DNA of 62,639 bases, filler included, from Choristocarpus tenellus KU-1152 (lineage: Eukaryota > Protista > Phaeophyceae), in the NCBI GenBank assembly GCA_964200185.2. It is 12 parts of 12 records of this genome, joined end to end, with 100 filler letters (N's around TTAATTAATTAA, not from the genome) between each part and the next. Parts side by side here need not be neighbours in the genome. Positions count along the whole stretch, not along the records: positions 39,630 to 47,018 come from CAXNAD020006231.1; positions 47,119 to 49,704 come from CAXNAD020026516.1; positions 49,805 to 52,805 come from CAXNAD020023022.1; 9 more parts are not named here. One strand, given 5' to 3'. A model generated the notes under the pieces. The model was not told the origin of the DNA. It searched no databases and saw only the letters and a program-made list of their open reading frames with translations. The translations under genes and the position numbers were made by a program. Positions 39,671-49,814 of the stretch are shown here, piece by piece. The stretch's first letter is position 1, and every line of letters begins with the position of its first letter.

Positions 39671-41783
39671 AAGAGCGTCATGTCCCTGCTTCCAAATCCG
39701 AACCTTCCGAATGATGAACACAAGAGACATGATAAGAAACAATGGAAGCAGGAGGTGAAATATTCGAAATGTATACTGCATCCAAAACGCATCAAATGGA
39801 CTCTAGTGTATATCTTTTAAAGAAACTTGTCCAAAAGATGATGGATTTTGTGCCCATTGCATGGATCAGTCCATACAATTAATGGGGAGGAAAGGGTCAA
39901 ACATATTGAAAATATGAGTCCAAGGTGCCAGGAGGGGCAAGGGGATGCGGGGAAGGCTAGGAAAGGGTGGGGAATACTGAGTGGTACATGCAGAGTACGA
40001 GTTTGAAACCCGCACCCTCAAGGAAGAGAAGCAGAACTTACTAATGAAGAATGTGGCCATATCTTCGGAGAAGAGGGAGTTGGAGCAGAGGGCTTGGGCC
40101 CTGGGTATGGAGGGACAGGACCTCTGAGAATGCATCACTAAGCTTCAGGTAGGTTGAACGGATTGCCCTTCTGTTGTTGGGACTCTCATATTTCATTTTT
40201 TCTCCTCTGTGGACTGTTCTCGAACTGTTCTCCATGTGCGTTTGACTTCTCTCTGGTTTGTGTGTGGATCTCTTGTGCGAGAATGTGAGTGTGTTTATTT
40301 CTGTATGTTTTTTTAAAATATATTTTATATTACAAGCCTGGGTGATTGTATCTGAGGCTTGAGTTTGTCCACATGCATGATTTCTCTTTTGTAAGCCCTT
40401 GGTTCATGTGTGTTGGTATGGATGTACATTGATGAAGTAACTAATATTTGTGGGTAGAGTGTGTGGAACGTGTGTGTGGGAGATGTGGAAGGGGAGTTAG
40501 TGTCCCTGCCTTAAAGTAGTGAGGTTTTGGTAGATTAGACATCAAATTATGAAACTATAAATCCACTGTTTTTTCTTTATTTGCTAACACACCTGGAAAT
40601 TGTAGTCACAATACAACTTCCTTTCACATGAGAGAGTGCTGTACTCCCCTTCCACACATACCCTCCTGTCGCCAAACTCCTGTGTACGTGCTGAACTCCT
40701 ATATTGATGAAGATTTTTCTACCCTACTTCAACATCCTTTCTCTTGCTGGCCCCCACCCCCTTCACCCAGATCCACCCTCCTCCACCCTCCCTACAACTG
40801 ATGCGGAAACTGATACCAGCTAAGGTGTGAGCGTCAGGAGCAGCAACGTCTCCCGGGAACAGACGCCCTATTCATCAAAGTCTCTCAGAGGGGGTTGTGT
40901 CAACAGAGAAGGAAAGCTCACCTTTTGGCCCTGGTAGTAACAGTCCCCCTCCCCCCCGTATGCATCTCACCCCTCCCTGTAATGGAAGCAATGCCAGTGT
41001 TCAACAAGGAGGTGAGGGCTGGTATTGCCGAGAATGCAATGGAGATAAGGGATAGTGTCAGGGGGAGGGCTGCAGTGGGGTCGACTAGGTTAGTTCAGTC
41101 TCCAGTGAAGACACCTGTGTCGAATCAGATGTCGATTCGATTGCAGCTCAAGAAGGAGCGCGAGGATCGATGCAGGTATGCTGCAAGTATGGCCGCTGAT
41201 GTACAGAACCAAGTGGGAAGATAGGACATGAGAGGTTTGGACGTGCGTAGAGCAACAACCATGAACGGCAGAGCGCAGTCTCTTGTGTTTTCCTTGCCTT
41301 CTATCAATATTATTGGTGACCCCTTGATAATAAGTTTTATTTTATTTTGGTTTTGTTCTTTTGTGTTATGGCACCCTTGCAGTTCCATGACTCAAGACTA
41401 TTGTGTGGGGGTGTGGGAGGGGACCTGGGGTGAGGCAGGAGGCTGGGGGTGGGGGGAGGGGAGGGGAGGACGGGAACTTTGGTTGAGTCTATTGTGTTTT
41501 CTGTTTACAGAGTCGTTTGTCCATATTTTCTTATTCAGTAAGGATAAGAGGGGATTGTTGGGTAGTGATCAGCTTCAACAGAGGGTGGGATTGTGGTTCT
41601 CTTCTGCTCACCTCTTATTAATACCAGTGCGGTGGAAGTTCGTTGTTAATATAGAACAGAAAAGACGGGCATATTCGGCTCAATTTGATTGGACGCCTGC
41701 GCCAGGTCCAGTCACACATCACTCCCACAACATTGACAGCACTTGCAGAGGTCGAATCTACCTGTACCCGCAAAGAACCCACT

Positions 41784-43090
41784 ATGGCAAGTCCCCAGAG
41801 CCTGTCAACTTGCGGAAAGCACTCTGAGCTGTCCGAGGAGGGTTGGACAGCACTTGCTCTGTGGTACACGTTGGCTCTTCCCCCAATGGTGTTTTACCAA
41901 AGTTGGCGGAAAGGTTCTGAATGAGTGAGAGGTATCCTCGACTTTTATGGGCACGCGTACAGAAACAGCTTGACCGTGGGCATACAGTTTCTCTGAAATC
42001 GCAAGCAAGATTGGGCAGACCGTTGAACTTGATGCCGACGAATCAGTCAAGAATCCGGGAAATTAATGCGAAAAATCGTACATTCACCCTCGATCTACTT
42101 TCGAACAAGCTGCCTGAAGTGGGCCTCAATGTTGGCAGCTCGAAGCTTCAGTGCTGGCTCAATGGCATGGGGGAAATGAGGGTTCAGCAGTGCATCATCC
42201 CAAGCCTTTCTCTTGACTACAAGAAGAAACGTCGACTTCATCCTCAACTAGATCACCCATGATTGAAGAACGTTAAAGACTTGCCTCGACACCATCCACG
42301 TCGACGAAGCCTGGTTCTAATTGATCCACGAGCGAGAGAAGGCTCTTATGTTCCCAGGAGAGGAGAATTTGGGTTCTGTCAAGGTGCAGTAGAAAAGTCA
42401 CATCTCCAAGGTGATGTTCATCTCTGCCGTCTTGTGCCCAGACCCCTTGCGTGGGTTCGATTGGAAAATCGGGATATGGTGAGTTTACATTATGAAGCAG
42501 GCCCAAAGGACTTCGCAGCGCCGCAAAAAAGGCGACCAATACGAGGTCGACATCACCATCGACGCCGAATATTACCAGGAGTGGTATGAGCAAGAGCTGC
42601 TTCCAATGATCAAGGAGAAGATACCTTGGTTGTTGGAGTCGGGGTGTATGTGTGTCCAACAGGATGGCGCAACCCCCCATATGGACAAAGACACAGAGCA
42701 AAAGCTTAACAGGACAGGGAACGAAGGGGGGTGGAAAATTAATCCCATCACCGATCCAATGCAGTCGCTGAATCTAAACATCAATGATCTGGGGTTCTTC
42801 GTATCCCTGAAGAGCAGGGTTTGGGGGGAGTGTTTTGGCACTGTCGATGACCTTGTTGAGGGGGTTAAGCGGATGTTCAACGAGTACAACGCAGAAACCC
42901 TCAAGAGGGCATGGCAGAGTCTCCTTAAGAGGTACAACCATGTGCTCAAGGGGCTGGGGGGAACGACTTCAAGGTAGAGCAAACGGGGACCAGAAAGAGG
43001 CAGCGGGAGGGTATGTTGGCTATGTTGGTCCCGGTAGATCAAGAGGCCCACAACAAGGCAGTGAATTGGTGGATTGAAGGCGTTGAGTGA
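41784..43090 (+). pseudogene. Mariner-type transposase pseudogene related to the plant/oomycete DD39D group (here DD40D)
   Basis: IHVDEAWF* (~42294), KSHISKVMFISAV, FDWKIGIW*, QQDGATPH and NINDLGFF, with 40 residues between the 2nd and 3rd Asp. Several stops and frameshifts. Confidence 0.9.
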
Positions 43091-43109
43091 AAGCGATGAA
43101 ACGTCTTCG

Positions 43110-43368
43110 GAGACAAAGTATCTTAGAGGGTAGAGCCGCTCCCATTTGGGGGTCAAAATCCAATTTTGCGATTTTGATGTAATTTTGGCTATCGTGTTTG
43201 TTAGGAAGTGTCAATATCTATGTTATGGACACACCATTTCATAACGTATACGTTATACCTACTCTGATCCATTTTGGAGTAGGAAAATGTCATAAAAAAA
43301 CCCATGGGAAGCCAAGCCCCAAATGGACAAACAGGGTGAAAATCGTTCCCTCTAAGATACTTTCACTC
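43110..43368 (-). mobile_element. MITE family 1 (259 bp), reverse orientation
   Basis: GAGACAAAGTATCTTAGAGGGTA ... CCCTCTAAGATACTTTCACTC. Flanks TTCG/TTCT match at 3 of 4 positions. Confidence 0.95.
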
Positions 43369-44751
43369 TTCTAATGCAAAAAACATATGCAATGCAAAAA
43401 TCCGTTTTGAAATCAGAAATCATCCCGAAGAGTTACATGCATAAACGAACAGACTTATGGGATACAGGGAGTAGTATTAATATCAATACTACTAAGGTGG
43501 TACCAGTAGCTTCGCCCTCTGTGGCAATCGTGGTGTTTTTCACTGGAACACCACAACAACAGTCATACAGCAATGTATATATGAAATGAAAGCTTATGAC
43601 AAGAGCATTTGAAGGTTTGTATCAACAAATGTCCAGGCTTCGGGGAACGGGACCCGTGTCCCGATCAAAGAATGGAAAAAACGTGGGGGAACATCTCCGA
43701 CGCAATTTTGAAGGTCACGACTTCAAAATGGACAAATATGAAGTGGTTGGTCGAACTCCTTGCAAAAAATTGGTCCGGGGTAGGTCACTGCCTAATTTTG
43801 GTTGGTGTGGCGATACTGAAAAACCACCCCAGATTTCCGGACATATTTTTTAATGCATTTTGCAGACTTTCTGTGAGCACACACACGCGTAACTTACACA
43901 GCAACGTGAACCATGACAGTGAGACAAGGAGAGCCGCCACTCTGCCCCCTGGATCTACCCTCAGCACCTTCTCTGTCGAGAGGCGATGGAAAAGCAAGTA
44001 CCGTGTGACACTCAGAGCAATGCTAGGTGACGAGAAAGTGTGAGTAGTGTGGCGCAGTAGCATAATCAAATTGTAAAATGGATCATGGGGCTGCAACGCG
44101 TTGAAACCTGATTTCGTATGAGTTGTGTATTGTTGTGATGTGTCTGGTTTGTGACGAAGGAGATCATAGTGCTACAAAGCATTGATGAATTTGTTCTGGT
44201 AGGTCTGATGATATGTTGTATTCAGTCAGACAGTGTTTGGTGTGAAGTTATGTTTGGTTGTGCTGTGATTAACATGTTTAGAGGCAAGATATCTGCGGGT
44301 TTGGATTGATGTGCTGAAGGGATGTCTTACTCAGTCGGACTTTGGTTGAAGTGAGATGGGTACTGTTATGTCTGTGGCATATTTTACCCGAGCAGACGGT
44401 GATTGATTGAAAATGTGTGGTCCTTCATTGAGACATTCAAATGAAGAAATTTACCCTCTGTGAAGAGGGTTGTTAGGTTGACAGAGAAGGGTCTTGAAGG
44501 ATATTTTTAACCCTGTTTATATTGCATCCTGGCGTGTGTGTTATACATGTTGCAGAGTGGTGGATGGCTTTCGATGGGGCAATGCCAGTCAAGTAAAAAT
44601 AATAATCAACACGTCCTATGCAACTGATAACTTGCGTCATGTAGATGAAGAAGTAAAAAAAAAGAATACCTTGAGTCCATATCAAACATGAACTAATATC
44701 CCCGCCCAGGAAACATGGACGACGCCCATTTCCGGCGCTCAACAAGGAAAT

Positions 44752-45020
44752 GTGATAGTAAGGGATCTAACACTGCGAATCCTGTACCTGTATATGAATG
44801 ACTGGAAAAACGACAGTCAAACGGCGCTCAAGAAGGCAGCAGGATATGTGATGGGCAGGTTGGAAACTGTGAATAAATGGGAGAGAGACTTCCTAAGGGT
44901 CACATTAAGGTGTTGGAGCAAGGGCACTACGAGATGCGTTTCGTTCTGGGCGTCGAGGAGGACATCCTTGCCAAGGTCAAAGAGTGGGTGCGGGAACACA
45001 CAGGAAGAAAGGGTGGGAAA
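44752..45020 (+). pseudogene. Transposase-like N-terminal fragment (HTH region), frameshifted
   Basis: KKAAGYVMGRLETVNKWERDF joined by a frameshift to GHIKVLEQGHYEMRFVLGVEEDILAKVKEWVREHTGRKG. From memory this resembles N-termini of IS630/Tc1-related transposases. Confidence 0.55.
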
Positions 45021-45056
45021 GCTTTCCCCCCCCCTAAGCCCAATACTTTAATCAAG

Positions 45057-45122
45057 TAATAGTCCATCTGTTGCCACTCTTGGTGACCTACAATCCCGGG
45101 TTCGAACCCCAATATGAGCGCT
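45057..45122 (+). pseudogene. tRNA-like relic / SINE head
   Basis: Box B CCGGGTTCGAACCCC (~45096-45110) preceded by a degenerate TAGTCCA box A. Confidence 0.4.
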
Positions 45123-46089
45123 CTTTCTTCAAAAAAAATAAAAATATGACAAAAAAAAATCGAAGCCCGTACTCTGGAAGGCCTTGTAACGGGCATCATG
45201 AACATGCTTTTAATGTTTAAATTCGATATCTACATCAAACCTTATGACGGGACAACCCCAGTACAGTACTGTTATTATAATTATTGTCAAGATGATGGTG
45301 ATGATGACTGACTCTAATATCTCTTCAAAAATCTTCTTTCTGAACGTGTACGTTTGAGGGCATATTTTTTAGCGAACCGAGAGGGAACCCTTTTTAAATC
45401 GTGCAAATGTGGAAGTGTCAAGGCGCCAAGGCTCTCTGCACAAGGGGGCAATCACAATCACCAGACTGAACTCTTCCACCTCAGAGGGCGGGACCAAGTT
45501 TCACAGGTCTTGGCCCAACATCTCAAAGTCAGTTGAGGAAATCCAGAACAGAACAATTGCACAACAGATGTCCCAGGATGAACATGGTCACAACAGAGAA
45601 ATGGATCGGTCAGAATCAGAATTAATCTTTGCTTTGACAGTCCTTTTGACTGTTTGGTCACATCCGGATATTATGGGTATGTTTGGTTTTATGAACGGAT
45701 CCGTATTAGCGAGTTCTAGTGACGTAGTTGGCGCGCGCATATGTATATGGCCGCGCGTCATATCTACAAATGTACGTGTCGGAGATCCCAAAAAAGGAAC
45801 CTGTCCCTGACGAAACCTTTACAGAAATGGAACGCCATGTACGTATTGCATTAGTTTTTTTGGCGTGTGATTATGGGGACCTCAAACGAAATCCATGTCC
45901 TCAGGACCTAGTCTTTGCTCTGGGGAGGGAGCTTGTTGTTGCGCCCTTGATCGCACAAAAGTGAGGTGCGCGATCTTTTTCAATTTGTTACTGTAAATAT
46001 AACCATTTTGAGGAAAGTAAAAGTGTTCTTATGTTCTATTCACTACTGAAGACAGCAATTGGTATGATTTTTGAGCACTTGTCCGGACC

Positions 46090-46138
46090 GAAACGGACGT
46101 CCCCTCACAAACCACCACCCCCCAAGATACTTTGACCC
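46090..46138 (+). mobile_element. TIR family 3 end
   Basis: aaacggacgtcccctcacaaaccaccaccccccaagatactttgaccc. Confidence 0.8.
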
Positions 46139-46299
46139 AGCCACCGTCCTTGTATGATGTATTGTGGGCTAAAATGCATATAGGATCTACGCTTGGCGCT
46201 TGAGTGAGTGTATACTACATTTTTATGACTCAGGGAAGTTGTCGTTGGGTTCAAAGCCTGGAGTCTGGGTGGTTGCCGCCGCTTGGTTTGGGTATGGAA

Positions 46300-46960
46300 G
46301 AGATGTCATCTGTTGTGGAAATCTCGACTTGTGCTGAAGATGGTGGTGTGGAGTACGAGATACTTGTGCGTCAACGTATTGGAGGTAAGGTTTCTGCCAA
46401 TTGCTCTGTGGTCCGATCAGCGCAAAGGGGGGAGGAAAAAAGATTGGGGCATGGCAGTAAATGTATTAGAGGATGGTGGCAGAACGCACTAATGGAGATG
46501 AAATTTAGGTTGCCACTGGGCCAATTAAAACATGTGTATGAGGACACATAAACATAAACTCTTCGGGAAGATAATAAATTCAATATACCAAATGCACAAG
46601 TCCGTTGATTTAGAGAACGTCTGATCTCTCCATCATAACATGTCTGTCGAGGCATGTGTCGGACTGGCGAAGTAGAGGGTGACTCACGAACAGAAATCGG
46701 CCTATGCTGCTCCTCAAAGCCGTGTCTGTCGTCAATATGTTGGCAATGTAGGACTTGTCCAGAACCAGGCCCGTGTAGGAGGGTCTTGGTCAATACTTGA
46801 AGTGTTGGACAAAGAGCTGCATATTTCGCAAGTCGCCATTCTCCCATTTGATAACACATATCTTGCACCGTCTGACGTGGTCTTATATTTAACAAGGTCA
46901 ATAGCAAGTCGTTGCAATGGACGTGTGACGGGCATATGTCCTGTCGGTAATGGGGTGAAA
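46300..46960 (-). mobile_element. Gypsy integrase remnant (second family)
   Basis: PVTRPLQRLAIDLVKYKTTSDGARYVLS is the first catalytic-Asp region of an integrase core. Downstream sequence is decayed. Confidence 0.65.
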
Positions 46961-46975
46961 GTGTGCGAGGTCTTA

Positions 46976-47018
46976 GGGTCGTAGTATCTGGGGGGGGGTG
47001 TCGGCGTCCGTTTTTCAC
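46976..47018 (+). mobile_element. TIR family 3 opposite-type end, cut by spacer
   Basis: GGGTCGTAGTATCTGGGGGGGGG followed by the subterminal motif GTCCGTTTT. Confidence 0.75.
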
Positions 47019-47118
47019 NNNNNNNNNNNNNNNNNNNNNNNNNNNNNNNNNNNNNNNNNNNNTTAATTAATTAANNNNNNNNNNNNNNNNNNNNNNNNNN
47101 NNNNNNNNNNNNNNNNNN
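47019..47118. other. Artificial contig spacer
   Basis: N44-TTAATTAATTAA-N44. Confidence 0.99.
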
Positions 47119-49640
47119 AATGCATCCTCTCTAGACAAGGGGTTTCCTTGGCGAGAGGTGTCAGTAGGACGTGGCCTCGTGTCTGGATTATACAGGTCCC
47201 AGAGGGCATGGAAGACATCTAACTGGAGTGGGGTGAAGCTATCCGTAGTTTCTTTCTCGGTGATCCAGTCTGACATCTCTCCGTTCTGATACTTTCACCG
47301 GTACTCCCAGTGCCATACATTGGATGGCGACAGTACTGCTTTTCTGTCTGTAAGGGTGTACATAGGGGTTGCTACCACGGATTGCTCTGCTAGACCCAGG
47401 TCCGACTCCCACGCTAGTTGGGCATATTCCTCTTGGAAGCTATGTCTCAAATGGATGGGTCTTACGTGGAAGGGTTTTACACAAGAAGCATGAACATTAT
47501 GCATGCGCGTTTGTCTACCTAGCAGTTCTACTATCATGCTACTACTCTTGTGTGAAATTTCCTTCACAGCCTATAGTCCTGTCCACCTTTTCATGGACTA
47601 GCTTCCTGCCTACCCTTGTCTGGCCTAATTTCTCCCCATGACTAGAGCTGTCTGCTTCTTTCACTAGGACTAGGTCACCTGGTTTGGATCCCAGTCCTTG
47701 GGAAGACCTAGCAATCAAAATCTTGGCTTTCTCTCTCTGTCTCTGCCTAGCGGACATCCTTCTCTCCAGGACTTCTCGTACCTCCCTGAAGTTCTGCCTT
47801 CTTTGCTCTATGAAGGAATCCAATCCTCCAACATCTACGTGCCCGTCCAACTTTGGTATGACAGCGTCTAGCTGTGTGCGGGGGTCACGGCCAAACAGGA
47901 CTCGGAAGGGAGTGGGGTTGAGGGGATCAGAGGGATCTGGGGTGGTGCGTTGTGCCCAACATGCTGGAGATACATATTCATCCCATCTATCTGGCCACTT
48001 CACACATAGTTCCGACAAGAGTTCTAAAAGCAGGCCTCCCATATTTTCTACTCCCCCTTGTCCCCTCGAGTTACCAGTTGGTCCATAATTGATAGGGACC
48101 TTCAACCAACGGCAAAGGTGACTCATTACGTCTCCTGTGAACTCCCCTCCCACATCACTACGAATTGACAGAGGGATCCCAAATGTGAGACATAATTCTA
48201 ACACGTTTGTCGCTACTCCAGTTGCGTCCTTCGACGCCATAGGAAATGCAAAAGGGAATCTCGAAGCTCTATCAATCACAATTAACAGATATTTGTTGTC
48301 TTTTACTGAATTGTGTCCTACATCTTGTAGGTCCATCTCGAGTACATCCCATGGTTCCAGGAACCTGGCTGGCAGCATTGCAACTTGTGTGCTCCTATTC
48401 CTCTTCCGTCCACAACAGCCACAGGATAAAACATAATCCTGCGTGTCTTTGTGGAGTGAGGGCCAAAAGAAGCATCGACGGGTTAGGGCTACTGTGCGTC
48501 CAACTCCATGGTGGCTAGAATGCAGATGAACTAGTGCTATAATGTCTGACACTAGTGAACGAGGGACTGCCAGCCTAGGTGTATACTCTCCAGGGGTGTA
48601 CCAGAGTAACTCCTTATCATCTAGGGAATATGACTCCACATCTATACTCCCTCTTCCCCATTCGAGTGACGACTTCCAGTGTTCTCGGCCTTCGAGAACG
48701 CCTCGTATGCTGCTCAAGAAGGGGTCTTTCTTCTGCCTCTCCACTAGCTCTGGCACGTCCGAAAGAGTAGCCATTGCTCTCTTGAGAGTGGGATGGTATT
48801 GGACCACCTCACTTGCTCGGACTATTCTGTCACTGCCTTTCTTGTTCTTTGGCCTTGGTGCACTTGTGCTCCTTTTCTTGCAAGGTGACTTCTCTTCTCC
48901 TGCTTTTTCTTTTATTCTACCCTGTCTTCGAGGGTAGGGTCTAAAGGTTGCCAACCAAAAGTGTTAGTGGCGTTAAGCGGGGGAGAGAGTTGCTGTGAGG
49001 TGTGTGTCGGGCCTACACTAGGTATTTCATCTGATGCCATCCAACCAGAGGGTGGGGGTATACACACTGGCAGACTTTGATCCTGAGAACTACTGGGTGG
49101 TAACCAGCCTCTAACGCCTAAGCCTCGATTATCAGGTCCCGTGTGCCAGTCTTTTAGGGCTGACAGTATTCCTGAGAGTGTGGCATCAGCTGTTTCCTTA
49201 AGTAACATCTGTGCTACATCTAGACTCGATTCGTCATGTGGGGGAGGAGTACACTCTAGTTCTGAATCTACTAACGCACAGAGAGAGCAAGGGGACAGTG
49301 TGGGGTGACCTGGGCTTAGGTCTGATGTACCCAAATCTTGCAAACATACACCATCTAAGACAGGTCCTCGTGGTCCAGCGTAGTTCTTGCTACAGGCTAC
49401 GGACGGATCGTCAGGAAAAGAATCGTCGATATCCAAACCTTGATCTGTGGGTGAGGAAAGTCGTGACAGTCCATCTGGTAGTTGGTGCTTCGAACCCGCT
49501 CGCCACTTAAGTTCCATGTCGTGGTCCATGAGACGGAGGGCCCACCTGTGGAGCTTGGGGCTAAGTTCACGACTCTTGAAGAGCCAAGTCAGTGCGGAGC
49601 AGTCAGTGACCAGGGTGAATTTCCTATCCCAAATGTAGGA
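47119..49640 (-). mobile_element. Ty3/Gypsy pol, copy 1 (RNase H end, long linker, integrase, C-terminal extension)
   Basis: FTLVTDCSAL..RWALRL..LPDGLSRL (RNase H). Zinc motif HLHSSHHG..VLSCGC, then EMDLQD, RSDVGGEF and GGVE with D-35-E spacing. The RH-then-INT order indicates Gypsy. Frameshifted. Confidence 0.95.
47542..48954 (-). pseudogene. Gypsy integrase-encoding open frame (470 aa)
   Basis: Contains the zinc-binding and DD35E core. It is bounded by frameshifts rather than a true start and stop. Confidence 0.9.
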
Positions 49641-49704
49641 GAGTGAAAGTATCTTAGAGGGTACGAGTTTTTCCCTGTTTGTCCATTTGGGTCTTGGCTT
49701 CCCA
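49641..49704 (+). mobile_element. MITE family 1 left end inserted in Gypsy RNase H, cut by spacer
   Basis: GAGTGAAAGTATCTTAGAGGGTA starts right after aaatgtagga. The paralogous site at 52300 is empty. Confidence 0.93.
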
Positions 49705-49804
49705 NNNNNNNNNNNNNNNNNNNNNNNNNNNNNNNNNNNNNNNNNNNNTTAATTAATTAANNNNNNNNNNNNNNNNNNNNNNNNNNNNNNNNNNNNNNNN
49801 NNNN
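49705..49804. other. Artificial contig spacer
   Basis: N44-TTAATTAATTAA-N44. Confidence 0.99.
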
Positions 49805-49814
49805 TCAGCAGGAT

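Noticed and set aside
48940-48970. Programmed -1 frameshift between the linker and integrase ORFs
   Set aside because: Copy 2 has five A (51608-51612) where copy 1 has four and reads through in frame (NTFWLATFRP), so this is a copy-specific deletion.
49270-49310. SPC as a C5-methyltransferase catalytic motif in the Gypsy linker
   Set aside because: There is no FxGxGG, PCQxFS, ENV or RxR context.
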